Assembly (NCBI RefSeq): GCF_006345805.1
Contig: NC_043010.1
Span: 16,430,001 to 16,494,000 of the forward strand
Reading direction: 5' to 3'
DNA length: 64,000 nt
Origin: Octopus sinensis
Taxonomy: Eukaryota
The notes under the pieces: model-generated
The model's database searches: none
What the model was told of the DNA's origin: nothing
The model's input: only the letters and a program-made list of their open reading frames with translations
Part shown: positions 26,621-40,182 of the stretch, in pieces
Layout of the letters: every line of letters starts with the position of its first letter
Position numbering within the stretch: the first letter of the stretch is position 1
Position numbers and translations under genes: made by a program

Positions 26621-28069
26621 TATTATTCTTCTATTTGTTGTTATTATAGCGATAGTGTTGATGTAGCATGGCCGAATGGTTAAGAAGTTCACTTCGCAAA
26701 CACGAAGTATGGGTTCAATCCGACTGTGTGACATTTTAGGCAAGTGCTTTTTTTTTTTTACTTGGGTCAAGTTAAGTAAAAGACACTTAGTGAACAAAAC
26801 TGGGTCGATGAAAACTGCGCGGAAACCCGTCAATGGGTTATACCAGTAATTCATTGGTCCAGCTATGCCACACACTGTGTAACGCTGATTCTAGTTGAGA
26901 ATCATGTTAAGGCTACACCTGTCCGTGGAGTACTCGGCCACTTGTACACTAATTCAATGAACAATTCATTCGAATGCACGACGCAAAAACTGACGAAGAT
27001 TCATTTGCTGTTTTTAATACTTGTTGTTGTTGTTATTGTTGGAGATATTTGCCTTGTTGTAGTTGTTGTTGTTGTTTAGTTCCTTATCAGCCATGATTAA
27101 ACAGATCTAGGATCAAAGACATTATCTCGTATGGTATTTGAGGGAATTTCATTGCTATTTCTAGCATGCGAAGATACCACTTAAAGGCTTCCTCGTTGCT
27201 GTTGTTGTTGTTGTTGTGTGGTTATATCATTATTGTTGTTGTTGTTTATTAATGTTAATGCTACTGGCTTAGATCATGACGACGATTATGATGATGATGA
27301 TGATGGCGATATAGAGGAAGAGAAAGAGGAGGCTGTGAGGAATATTAACGACTCTATTGTACACACGCCCATCCTAAATTTCCTCTTAACTTTCTTCTTA
27401 TGACACCACTTCACGTTTATCTCTTAAATTAATCCCACAGAAACTCTATTCCAACCTTCCCTTCCACTTACGACCAACACATTATGCTTATGTAAGTTTG
27501 TTCGTATGTATGTATGTGTATGCGTGTGTGTAATCTGAAACATGCCCCCTCCTGCCCCCCCCCCACCACCGCGCCTCGAGTTTCACACCCCTGTGATCCT
27601 CAGGCGACAATTGTGGTGAGAAATAGGATCAATTTAAATAAATAATACAAGTAGACAAATATTCATATATTTTCGCTCCTCTACAGACTGAACTAAATAA
27701 TGGTTAGATATAATCAGCCATATGCTTTGGTGTGCAGTGCCCCAGCTTGGTCGTATTCCAATGACTAATACTACTGAAAGGACATGTGTGTGTGTGTGTG
27801 TGTGCACGCTTTGTACCTGCTTTGAGCTTCTTCCATTCCCTTGGCGCTCGACGCCATTAAATATTATCAATGGTTTCCGGGATGTCTAATTCTCGGTGAG
27901 GAGAGGGAGTATTTATGAAGAGAAAACCTTCCCTGTAATTGATACCGTTCTTAGGGATTCTATTCTTTTCTCCCCCAGCATATACATACATACATACATA
28001 CATACATACATACATACATACATACATACATACATACATACATACATACATACATACGTACATATACAT

Positions 28070-28115
<46 letters not shown>

Positions 28116-28288
28116 ATATATATATATATTATATATATATATATATATAATATATATATATATTATATATATAATATATATATATATATACACATATATA
28201 TGTATATATATATATATACACATATATATGTATGCATGTATACACACACATGTATATATATGTATGTATGTATACTCTTACTCTCCCT

Positions 28289-28692
28289 CTCTTTACTCTT
28301 TTACTTGTTTTAGTCATTTGACTATGGCCATGCTGGAGCACCGCCTTTTAGTCGATCAAATCGACCCCAGGACTTATTCTTTGTAAGCTTAGTACTTATT
28401 CTATCGGTCATTTTTGCCGAACCGCTAAGTGACGGGGACGTAAACACACCAGCATCGGTTGTCAAGCGATGTTGGGGGGACAAACACAGACACACAAGCA
28501 CACACACACACACATATATATATATACATATATTATGACGGGCTTCTTTCAGTTTCCGTCTATCAAATCCACTCACAAGGCTTTGGTCGGCCCGAGGCTA
28601 TAGTAGAAGACACTTGCCCAAGGTGCCACGCAGTGGGATTGAACCCGGAACCATATGGTTCGTAAGCAAGCTACTTAGCACACAGCCACTCC
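28289..28692 (-). mobile_element. CORE-like tRNA-derived SINE
   Basis: Same family as 19351-19757. Confidence 0.85.
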
Positions 28693-28714
28693 ACTCATAC
28701 ATACATAAATATAC

Positions 28715-28747
<33 letters not shown>

Positions 28748-28770
28748 TGTATGTATGTATGTATGTATAC

Positions 28771-28837
<67 letters not shown>

Positions 28838-28903
28838 GCATGTATATATGTATATAAAGCAAGAATAGCTCTCTGAGCGAGGTATAAACAGTAGCTGCAC
28901 GAC

Positions 28904-29094
28904 ATCGTGAAATGTATTTGCCACTTAAATGTGGCTAACCCTCAAAGGTGGGTGCTACTGTAGCTTGTAGCCCTAGGAAGACATCTCCTCCAGCTGGCCA
29001 TTGACACACTTTCTGTGCCCTGGGGCTACAAGCTACAGTGGCATCAACCTTAAGGGTTAGCCACATTTAAGTGGCAAATATACTTCTTCACGAT
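28904..29094. repeat. Fold-back element (~75-bp arms, 41-bp spacer) embedded in (TA)n
   Basis: 28904-28977 vs 29019-29094. Confidence 0.85.
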
Positions 29095-29233
29095 ATATAT
29101 GTGTGTGTGTATGTGTGCGTGTGCGTGCGTGTGTATATATATATATATACATGCATACATACACATACACATATATATGTATATATATACACATACATGC
29201 ATACATACATATATATATATATACATATATATA

Positions 29234-29266
<33 letters not shown>

Positions 29267-29529
29267 GCTACAATTTAGAACAAACAGTAAAAGGTTGTCA
29301 TTATAGTATTCGGAGTTTCGAAATTCGGAGCGAAGAGCTACGATATATTCTCGTCGGTTATTAATGGCAACTGACGCTATGAAAAACCGTCGAATAAAAG
29401 GGAACTTACTCTTATTAGAAAAAAGATAGAAAATACACGCAACCATATTCTCACAATACACGGACATAAACCTCCTGCGTTCACAACGTCTACATGCGTA
29501 CACACTCACACAAACATGTATACGTACAT

Positions 29530-29570
<41 letters not shown>

Positions 29571-30328
29571 TATATGTTTTGTAAGAATGGTGTGAACAGC
29601 CGTAGCAACATCAACAGTGTTAATGCTTACACCTTTGACCAAAAAAACAATACCACTAATAGTGATATACAATCTGAATAAAAGAGAAAGTTACTTCCTG
29701 AGTGATATAGGACTCATAGTGCCAGTTTTCCGGATTCTGTGGTGTATATGAGTGCTTGAAAGAAAAGATATATTTCTTAGAGAGGGGTGTAAGAATTAAT
29801 AATAAACAGGATGTGTAGTCGTGAAATACCGCTCAGTTTCAGCCCTTATTTTTTTCATTCTCCCATTATCTCTCGTTCAAATTCAGTGCATATCATGATA
29901 CATCAAACTATGGGTTCAGAAGAATTGTTGCAAATAATATTTCATAAAAGGGTACGGAAAAATTATTTCCCCATTATTATCCGTGCTTGTATTATTGAGG
30001 GAGTTTAATATTTATGATGACATTTATAATCTGACACTTTGAACACCCCGGATTGTAGCTCTGCTTTAGTACAACTCTACACACTTATACACAAACATGG
30101 CGGCCGAAGTCAACACAGACGGTTGGGTTCTTAACGTCCGGTTTATCCGATAGCCCCACTTAATGAAGTGTGTGTATATGTCTGTACGTGTGTATGTGTG
30201 CGCGCGCGTGAATGTGTGTAGCTTTTGCTGTTTTTAATTTTGAATTGTATAACTATGTTAGTCGTTGATGTAAACATCTTACTAGAACACAGTGAAACCG
30301 CATGTGTATACTGGAAGGTCAATATTTT

Positions 30329-30367
<39 letters not shown>

Positions 30368-30454
30368 TATTAGAGACAAAACCACTATTTTGCAAAACAA
30401 ACAAGGAAAGACTTAATCAATACATAAAATTTTAATAAATAGTCAAAAAAACCG

Positions 30455-30497
30455 CCACTACAATCGTTTCTTGTCTTGATCGACAATCTTCAGGTGG
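30455..30497 (-). ncRNA. Minimal type-I hammerhead ribozyme candidate in a ~150-bp element (30362-30513)
   Basis: CCAC CUGAAGA UUGUC GAUCAA GACAA GAAAC GAUU GUA^ GUGG: all three stems pair, core intact. Confidence 0.75.
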
Positions 30498-30526
30498 ACT
30501 TCCAATAAGTCAGTTATATATATATA

Positions 30527-30922
30527 GGCGTAGGAGTGGCTGTGTGGTAAGTAGCTTGCTTACGAACCACATGGTTCTGGGCTCAGTCCCACTGCGTGGC
30601 ACCTTGGGCAAGTGTCTTCTACTATAGCCTCGGGCCGACCAAAGCCTTGTGAGTGGATTTGGTAGACGGAAACTGTAAGAAGCCCGTCGTATATATATGT
30701 ATATATATATATGTATGTGTGTGTATATGTTTGTGTGTCTGTGTTTGCCCCTCCCCTCCAACATCGCTTGACAACCGATGCTGGTGTGTTTACGTCCCCG
30801 TCACCTAGCGGTTCGGCAAAAGAGACCGATAGAATAAGTCCTGGGGGCGATTTGTTCGACTAAAGGCGGTGCTCCAGCATGGCCACAGTCAAAATGACTG
30901 AAACAAGTAAAAGAGTAAAAGA

Positions 30923-30923
<1 letters not shown>
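30527..30923 (+). mobile_element. CORE-like tRNA-derived SINE
   Basis: ggcgtaggagtggctgtgtggtaag...gaaacaagtaaaagagtaaaag. Confidence 0.85.
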
Positions 30924-30998
<75 letters not shown>

Positions 30999-31500
30999 AT
31001 GGTTCATTCTGTTTGACATTCTTCTTTCATTGCTGACCTTCTTAGAAGGGCCTCTTTTTTGCTACGATATTTCTTTTTCTAAAGCTTGCAGATTATAAAA
31101 CTTCTGGCGGCCAATACTGGACTCGTTGCAGCACATTTTCTCCGACGTTTTTCAGTCAACCCTTATTCATTTCCCATCAAAGGTTTGCCGTGTATCTGTT
31201 GCACTGTCAACTTCATTCTTTCCCTTACATCCTATGATGGTCATCAAACGTCCAGTTGTACAACACAGCTTGTTGATATCGTTTTTTAGTTTTGTTGGCC
31301 ATCCGAGTTGCTTGTGTGTCTCTGTCTGTCTGTCTGTCTATATGTATGTATGCATGTGTGTGTGAATGTATGGTATGTGCGTGTGTGCATGTATGCATGT
31401 ATGTGTATGTATGCATATGTGAATGTATGTTTATATATATATATATGAAGATTTCTCTTGAATGAAACAGTTCTAGTCCTGTAGAAGCTCCTTCTATATA

Positions 31501-31544
<44 letters not shown>

Positions 31545-31589
31545 AGTGAAAATCAAAACAAATCAAAATAGATGAACATCAATGGAATT

Positions 31590-32060
31590 TGTATCTTTGT
31601 GGTACCAGTGCCGGTGGAACGTGGCACACAAGAAAACCATCCGAACGTGGCCGTAGCCAGTACCGCATCGACTGGCCTCCGTGCTGTGGGCACGTAACAA
31701 ACACCATCCGATCGTGGCCGTTTGCCAGCCTCATCTGGCACCTGTGTCGGTGGCACATAAAAACACCATCCGAGCGTAGCCGTCTGCCAGCCTCGTCTGG
31801 TACCTGTGTCGGTGGCACATAAAAAACACCATCCGAGCGTGGCCGTTTGCCAGCCTCGTCTGGCACCTGTGTCGGTGGCACATAAAATCACCCACTACAC
31901 TCTCGGAGTGGTTGGCGTTAGGAAGGGCATCCAGCTGTAGAAACACTGCCAGATCTGACTGGACTGGTGCAGCCTTCGGGCTCCCCAGACCCCAGTTGAA
32001 CCGTCCAACCCATGCTAGCATGGAAAGCGGACGTTAAATGATGATGATGATGATGATGAT
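31590..32060 (+). mobile_element. SINE-like element with an internal 62-63-bp minisatellite (~3-4 units)
   Basis: ggtggcacataaaaacaccatccgagcgtggccg... starts at 31749, 31811 and 31874; followed by the shared 3' module and a (GAT)n tail. Confidence 0.75.
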
Positions 32061-32485
32061 GATATATATACCGGAGTAAACACATAAATGTGAAACAAGG
32101 TGGAAAAAAGAGTACTCAAATACCAGTGGTAGAGTAATAGGCTTTATTTAAAGCAGAAGAAAATTCAACAAAACCTGTTACTCTGAGTTTCCCGTTGCCG
32201 TTATATACACACACATATAATTATTATTTGAGGGAATAAAATGCAAACTTACAAGGAAAAAGAATTCAATTTAGAAATACTAGATCAAATTCCACACAAT
32301 ATAATATATATATAAAATATTAGAAAAAACCCACCTTTTATCAATTCAAAATGAATAATTAAATTACACCATCTAGAAAACTACATATAATAGAAAAGTT
32401 AAAATTAAAAAAATTAAAATAACAACTGAAAAGTAAAGATTAAGTAAATTACAAGAATAATGTAATGTATATATATAATATGTAT

Positions 32486-32522
<37 letters not shown>

Positions 32523-32524
32523 CA

Positions 32525-32559
<35 letters not shown>

Positions 32560-33569
32560 CTATATATATATATATATATACATGCATGGATGTATGTGTA
32601 TGCATGTAAATGCAGTTGTTATATGTAAAGGAATGTGCTTTTGCTCATCCGTATATTAAACAAATACGTAAAAAAAGTTGATTTGGGAGAATGTTAGGAG
32701 AGACGATTGAAATGTCGTGTAAAAGTTGTAACACCAGCAGAAAATGAAGCTGGTGCTTAATAACAATTGAAGTAGTTTTGAGTGAAGTCTATTTCAGTTA
32801 TGAGGAGGGGGGGAATGAAGAGGTGGAGTAGGTAGGGGAAAGTAGGGAGAAGCAATCCCTAATCATTCGGAGCCCTTCATTTTGTAGGAAGCATATAAGC
32901 TAGAGAGCGAGAAAGACAGAGAGGGCGGGTGTCTCGTGTCATGCTACAAGGAATGCAGTGTTTTTGTTCCTGACTTTTACAGACAATGATGGCCAAAAGC
33001 CACCGTACGGCAAAGGAAGACGGATCGATGTTGTAGATATTACGGAAATATTAAATAACAGGCGAATATTTGTTAAGCTAAGGTAGAGCGGTGGAAAGGC
33101 AGTATTAAATTACTGGGCATCATATAGCTCCATCTTTCTACTCAAATGGAAGAATGGTTAACCGATTCTTCTCATGCCTGTTGTGAGTCAATGGTACAAG
33201 AATCAGTCAACAATACTCCTCTCATATATATTTGGCGGCACTGTGCCATTGATATCGCAACTACTAAGGTAGGTGCGGTGGCAGAAGTGTTAATATAGCT
33301 GGAATATTGTATTTATAGTGTCTTTGTACATCCGGAGTTCAAATCTCACCTGAATCGCCTCTATCCTTTCCCAGGCCATACAATAAATACGAACTGAATG
33401 GAACGAGCCATGGTTGCAACAAGTGAATGGAATGAATGGAAATTTACCTCTTAGTTGGAGAAGGATCACATTAAAAATTCTCGGGGCAACTATTAGCGAT
33501 TCTGAAAGAAAAGGAGTGATAATTTCCAGAAATTGGTTTCACCTTTGGTTTCATGTTTGGCATAAAGCC

Positions 33570-33737
33570 AGCAATTTTGGGGAAGGGGATAAGTCGACTG
33601 CTACTTATTTTACCGATCCCGAAAGAGTGAAAGAGAAAGTGAACTTTGGCGGAATTTGAACTCAAAGTGCAAAGACGGATGAAATGCCGCTAAGCATTTT
33701 GCCCGACGCGGTAACCATTCGGCCAGCTCGGCGCCCT
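33570..33737 (-). mobile_element. ggcggcgagctggc-family SINE, diverged
   Basis: ggcggaatttgaactc...ccagctcggcgcc. Confidence 0.7.
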
Positions 33738-34677
33738 TGTAATTTCCAGAAATTAACAATTAATTTTACAGAGCGGTGATGGTAGTGGATCCGATGTTAA
33801 TCATCATAAAATATTCTATCAATTCTACCTCAAGTGATTGGTTCATGGGTCAGTGTAAGGCATCGTTTCTGCTGTTGGCAAAAACGTCAGAGTGTCGTCG
33901 AGTGAAGAAATATTGTGCTGATAGGAGGATTTCGTTTTGGCTGTTAATGTCTTGTGTTCGTATCTCACCAGAGTGGAGACTATATTTCAACCTCTGGGGA
34001 GTGGGTCCATAAGTGAAGTAATAGTCAAATACTGAGATCGATATAATCGATAACATTCTCACAAGAGAGAGAGAGAGAGAGAAATAACGTGAAAAGTTTT
34101 CTGCATTTCTTTGTTAACAATATTTAAGTTATTTATCACGATGACAACAATGTTGATGCTGCTGTTGCTGCTGCTACTACTGATGATGATGATAATGTCA
34201 TTACTTTTCGCTCCTTCCACCTGTCTTCCAGCACATTCCGGAAACCATGTCCTCATTCTACTTCGTCAATATCGTTATATACACTCGCCAGACACACTCT
34301 ACTTTATCAATGTTGTTATATACACTTCCTAAAGTCAGTGCAACGCCAGAAACGGTGGAGCAGAAAATCCCTGGATCAATTAAATATTCTGCTTTAATTT
34401 GTTTCGTCCCTCTGTGTTCTGAGTTCAGATCTGGCCTGGGTGGATTTTGTACTCAGTCCTTCAGAGTGAGGATCCCAGTCAAATAAGCTCCAGTCCATCT
34501 ACTTGCTTTCATTCAATCAGTTATATACTTCTTCGAATTCCCAACTCGCGAAATTTTGAAAATTTCCCACAAAACTTCCGTTATACATTACAGATTGTTG
34601 TTGTTTAACCCCATCAGTCAAATGCACACCAGCCGTGACACTCCAATACGATTTTCTGGTATATCCAAGCATATCTG

Positions 34678-35100
34678 GGATCTTTTCGGTTTGAACGGCA
34701 GTTTTTTCTAGCGGTGTCATATGAAATTGTCACCCATAATTATGACCCTAGTGTATTGCATTTCAATCTGTTTTAGGGTTAGGGTTAGGGTTAAGGTTAG
34801 GGGTGGGGGAAGGGTATCTTTTTTTCTTCACAAATGTAAATAAACCCAATCTGTTTCTTAAACGAGGGACATATTCATACAGCACAGAATGTTTATTTAC
34901 CTCAATAGACGTCATTGATTGGTTGAAATTGCAGAAATTGAAGAAAAACAACAACAAATATCTTACAAACTATAGAATTTTCTCAATAAAGCCAAGAGAA
35001 AAAGATGTTTTATAAACACATTTTACCAGTATATGAAGTTTAACATTTTTTAGTTACCTAGAAATTATGTTAAAAACTCCCGTTCAAACCGAAAAGATCC
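34678..35100 (+). mobile_element. MITE with ~28-bp TIRs, 8-bp TSD and internal (TTAGGG)n
   Basis: ggatcttttcggtttgaacggcagtttt / aaaactcccgttcaaaccgaaaagatcc; TSD catatctg at 34670-34677 and 35101-35108; TTAGGG-type repeats at 34773-34802. Confidence 0.92.
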
Positions 35101-35280
35101 CATATCTGACACCAAATCGAGGTTCTCCCACCAGCTCAGCCATTAGAGATTTAATGAAAGAAGCGGAATACCGTTGTTGATGTCGTTGTTGTTGTTGTTG
35201 CGTGTTTGGAATGAACGTATGAAAACAAATCAGAGTGGTTGACTCTTGTGTCTATATTTGTATAAGTAAACACACACACA

Positions 35281-35336
<56 letters not shown>

Positions 35337-35496
35337 CGTTTAAATTTGTTTACGGTAACGTTTTGAATACGCAAATAAAGTTCCTGTTCCGTCTTGTTGG
35401 CCACCGTCTAATGATGCTGACTGGTGAACCATTTTTGGTGGGTTGCGTCAAGTTATACCGATATAGAGTAGGATAGATATAATAATAATGATAACA

Positions 35497-36271
35497 ATAA
35501 TCCTTGGATGGAATTTATAAACATTTAATGCATCGTTACGCAAGATCCTACAAGCCACGTGACTTTTAAGATCACGGTCCGTATTCCTCTTAGTCTGTAA
35601 TATCCTTGGGCATCCGGTTGGTCATCATCATCATTGATTCATTTCTTCGGGCGATATAACACTAATGGATGAACCACGGAAGGATGTTTTTCTCTTTTTA
35701 TACCAGTCTGAAGATCAAAAGAGTTGTGTGGGTGTTTCTGTGGGTATTTGGTGAGGAGGAGTAGAGGGTGAAGGGAATAGAGGAAGGAATGGTAGTTATA
35801 TGGGGATGGAGGTGTGTGTGGTGGTGGTGTTGGGTTTATTTTGCTATTCACTCAGCAGATGTTAAGTATGGGTAGCACATTCTTTTGTTTGATTTCATTT
35901 AATGGCATGACTATCTTCCATAAATTCTCAACTCAGCGGGTGGTCAAGTGCTGCTGCTATACAAAGGGGTTTGTTGACTGAATTGGTAAATAATACTTTC
36001 TTGTGGTGACCTTTACATTGTTTTTGTTGCTATAGTGTGTAGCATCTCAAATATTGGTCTGTTCATTTGTTTGGGTTCTTTCGCTTTTCCATATTGTATT
36101 CTATCGCATGAAGAAATGAATCATTGATGATGATCAACCGGATGCCCACGGATACTACGAACTACACTGTAATCATCCCAGGAATACGGACTATGATCTT
36201 AAGAGTCATGCAATTTGTGGAAACGCGCGTAGCGTTGCACTAACTGTTTATAAATACCATCCAAGGATTAT
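35497..36271. repeat. Diverged inverted repeat (~150-bp arms, 35497-35648 and 36110-36271)
   Basis: ataatccttggatgg...tgggcatccggttg...catttcttc and its reverse complement. Confidence 0.7.
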
Positions 36272-36416
36272 CATTTCCTTTTATCACAGGTTTTCTTGGA
36301 ACTCCTGGAGACTTGCATGCATAGTGGGCTTGCTACATGCAGCCTACCGTACCATGCTACCCGTTCTTTTCAGCTATCTAATACTTCTTCTTATTATTAT
36401 TATTGCTGTTGTTGTT

Positions 36417-36903
36417 GAGTGAGAGAGCAATGCATATCATAAAAGTGACACTGGGGTCAAATATTCGAAACCCAGTATACCCATCATAACAACCCGTCTT
36501 GATAAGGGTACACCAGGCACATGCATCACAACCATATGTGCGCGACATGATGGTCTCATGTCAAGATAAACAGCACATGACCTTGCAGGTGGGGCCCAGT
36601 TAGAATTTTTTTCTGGTCGAGTAATCCATCCCGCTCAAAAGGTCCCTGAATAAGGGTTGTTTAAGGATGTTGAACGAAACACCCATGTCTCCAGAGGTGA
36701 ATTATTAAAACCCCAAAGGATCCCCCTCAACACACGACTATGATGCTCCCCCACTACTTCTGCTCGTGATCAGAGGTGCACATATCGTCAGTCACTAAGG
36801 GACATGCTCAACAAGTTACGGTCAAACAACTGACAAGCAAATCTGTGATATTGAGCAGAATATTTGCTGTAGCCCATCTTTTATACCAAGACAAAACAAT
36901 GTA
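36417..36903 (-). mobile_element. Non-coding retroposon flanked by (TAA)n, 5'-truncated copy
   Basis: Matches 43580-44136 in reverse orientation but lacks its first ~70 bp. Confidence 0.85.
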
Positions 36904-36923
36904 TATTATTATTATTATTACTA

Positions 36924-36974
<51 letters not shown>

Positions 36975-37395
36975 CTCCACCAACCTGCATTTTCCCAAAA
37001 AGACAGCACACACACACACACAAACAAACAAACAATGCAAGTATGAAAACATAATAAGCGAATGCGATGCAGCAAGTGTTTCATTGCAACGTTGTTCCTG
37101 TGTCGCTGTATTGTTTTGCTCTGTTACTGGTGCTGAGTGGGATTTTGAAGTGTTTTGTGGGGGTCGTGAGAACATTGGTGTAACATAAGCAGAGCCACAG
37201 ACAACCAATCAGACAAGACGGGCTTCTTTACACGTTGCTAAGAGATTTCAGACGGTTGTAGCGGAAGAGATAAGAAATCGTATGTTTCCACATATATGTT
37301 AAGGGTGATGGGAGGGGATGGTTCTGTACTCTTGCATATGAATGTGCGTATGTGTGTGCGTGTGTGTGTGTGTGCGAGTGTGTGTGTATGTGTGC

Positions 37396-37449
<54 letters not shown>

Positions 37450-37716
37450 ATGTTTATATATTTTCTGTTTGTTTGCTGATAGCATGATCTTGCTGACCTC
37501 TGATCAAAGGTATTCTGGTCGTAATCATCTTATTTATTCTCAGGCAAAGTGTATCTAGGAGTACATTGGCCAGTGTATCCTTTTTTTTTTTTTTTTTTTC
37601 ATAAAGACAGTAGGATGCTATTTGGGGAGATTTCAGCTCCGATTTTAGCAGGTCGACTGATCACGTGGAGGCTCATAGCTACATTTATGTTCATTGTATC
37701 AAATTGTGTTTTCATG

Positions 37717-37783
<67 letters not shown>

Positions 37784-37795
37784 GCGTGTGCGTGC

Positions 37796-37832
<37 letters not shown>

Positions 37833-37864
37833 GCGTGCGGTGTGTGTGCGTGCGTGTGCGTGCG

Positions 37865-37896
<32 letters not shown>

Positions 37897-38761
37897 GCGT
37901 GCGGTGTGTGTGTGTGTGTGTGCGCGTACGGTGTGTGTGTGTTCGTGCGGTGTGTGTGTGTGTGTGTAAATGTGGATTTGGTTTAAGCATGCCGGGTTCT
38001 ACTCGAAAGAGGCAAAATACTGATTAAGCCAGTGAGAGAGAAGGGTTGGAACCATGTTAGCTTGAGATCGATGCGACAACAGCCAGATCTTGATCTCTGC
38101 GGGGATACATGTGAACTCCGAGTGTTCGTAGAGCTGGAGGCAAAAGGATTGTGTGGGAACTTTGGTGGGTGAGACACAGTTGAGGTAACAGTTATGAATA
38201 TCAATGAATATTCAATGAAATAACAGTCATTTTATCGTCGTCATTGGTTCCTGATTTTGTAAATAAATAATGTGCAGAATTTCCACAATACCTCCACGTA
38301 TTTGGGATCTACTGCAGAGGTTATATTTAGCTCTGTAATCTAACGACAACACTAGAGTCAGTCAGAGAGCCGCTAAGTGGTTGTCATCAAGTAAATTTCC
38401 TTCAAACCACTGGAAATATGTCAATGCTAGAATGCTCACGCTGCACTAATATCTGATAAGGTCGTGGCAGCGGGGAGATCCGTGGATAATCGAGCCAATC
38501 AGTAGAGATGGCGACGAGCCAGCCACTGCGTCTGATGTTCGTATCCTATTTCTGGCACTACATTATATCTATAGACAAAAGCATTTAACTCCGTACGGCT
38601 AAGACCACCTATGTGTATGTAAACAGGCACCAAAAGTAGAGTGGCTGAGAGATGTATGAAACTTGCAGTATTATGCTGGGTCACGACAGAAGTGTATCCA
38701 ACTCGGCTTTGATAAATGGGACTCGAACATAAATAGCAGCTGTACATTGTCTATTATTGTA

Positions 38762-38971
38762 TCTTTTCTACTCAAGGCACAAGGCCCGAAATTTTTAGGG
38801 AGGGGACCAGTAGATTAGATCGACTCCAATATGCAACTGGTACTTAATTTATCGACTCCGAAAGGATGAAAGGCAAAGTCAACCTCGACGGAATTTGAAC
38901 TCAGAACGTAAAGACAAACGAAATACCGCTAAACATTTAGCCCGGCGTGCTAACGTTTCTGCCAGCTCGCC
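38762..38971 (-). mobile_element. ggcggcgagctggc-family SINE
   Basis: Full head-to-tail match to the family. Confidence 0.85.
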
Positions 38972-39186
38972 TTTTTCTGTCTATTATTGAATGAGAACTT
39001 CCAGACATGAAGAGCGACGTTTTAGTGTTTATTATTACTATTCGACTTTGCCTTTCATTCTTTTGTGATCGATGAAATAAGTACCAGTTGTAGACTGGTG
39101 TCGATGTGATCGACTAGCCATCCATCTAGAAAAATATGCCTACTGTAGAAAGGATCATCATCATCATCATTATCACCATCATCATT

Positions 39187-39971
39187 TGATGAAAACTCTC
39201 AGCTAATTTTGCTAGGTATGACTGCCAGTAGATTGAGGAGACACTTTATAACTGACCATGTTTCAACAACCCTGCGAAGGACTGTTGCAGTCCCAAGCGA
39301 TGCTGATTTTTGTAGGTGTTCTCTCTTTGCATTTTTATCAGTCTTTTTCAGCCATGTTGGTAGCTGAATGCTGATACTTCCAAGTGCACCAATTACTATT
39401 GGCATCATGTCTGCTCTCCTCATTGAACACAACCTTCTTATTTTCCCACTTCAAATTTTCCTAGTTGTTCAGTTTTTCTTCTTTCTCTTTGATCCCGTTG
39501 TCACCGGGACAGGCTATGTCGATTATCATGTAGGTTCCTTCTTTTTTTATTCACTACAACCATGTCCGGTGCCCGATGTCTGGTCAGGTGACCACACTGA
39601 ATCATTGCATCCCACAGGATTTTGCAATCTTCATTCTCGGTGACTCCTTCTTGGGTTTTCTCATACCACGTCTTTGCTCTTTGCAGGCCATGATTTCCAC
39701 AGACCTCTCAATGGATCATTCTTGCCACATTGTCATGTTGTCTGTTGTATTCGCGTTGAGCTAATTTCGAGCATTCGCTAACGATGTGCCATACCGTTTC
39801 ACCCCTCGCGCCACACATTCTGCATTTATCGCCGTCGGTAATGTTGTCTATTCTGCACTTCCCATAGTTAGTTCTTAACGATTGTTCTTGTGCTGCGCAT
39901 ATGAGTGCTTCTGTCTCTATCTTCGGGTCACTCTTCCTCATCCATAGCCAGCAGTCTTCTGTGTCTGTCTT
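39187..39971 (-). pseudogene. Decayed R4/Dong-like non-LTR element C-terminus (family B)
   Basis: ETEALICAAQEQSLRTNY, CRMCG..GETVWHIVSEC (CCHC knuckle), PIVIGALG, LQKSASLGTATVLRRV; frameshifted. Confidence 0.85.
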
Positions 39972-40151
39972 GGCGAAATGCTTACCGGTATTTCGTCAGC
40001 CACTACGTTCTGAGTTCAAATTCCGTCGAGGTCGACTTTGCTTTTCATCCTTTCGAGGTCGATAAATTAAGTACCAGTTGAATACTGGGGTCGATGTAAT
40101 CGACTTATCCTTTCCCCCAAAATTTCAGGCCTTGTGCCTACAGTAGAAAGG
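39972..40151 (+). mobile_element. Headless ggcggcgagctggc-family SINE with an (ATT)n tail
   Basis: Core match; ends tagaaaggattattatt. Confidence 0.85.
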
Positions 40152-40182
40152 ATTATTATTATTATTATTATTATTATTATTT

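Noticed and set aside
30093-30105. YY1-like motif aaacatggcggcc as a promoter
   Set aside because: A single short motif with no other promoter evidence.
31553-31891. Regularly spaced ~62-bp repeats as a CRISPR array
   Set aside because: Contiguous tandem units with no unique spacers, eukaryotic context, no cas genes.
34773-34802. Telomere or chromosome-fusion relic
   Set aside because: Only a few TTAGGG units, always at the same position inside a MITE.
37060-37189. Second LTR (ends ggtgtaaca)
   Set aside because: No matching opposite terminus or TSD found.
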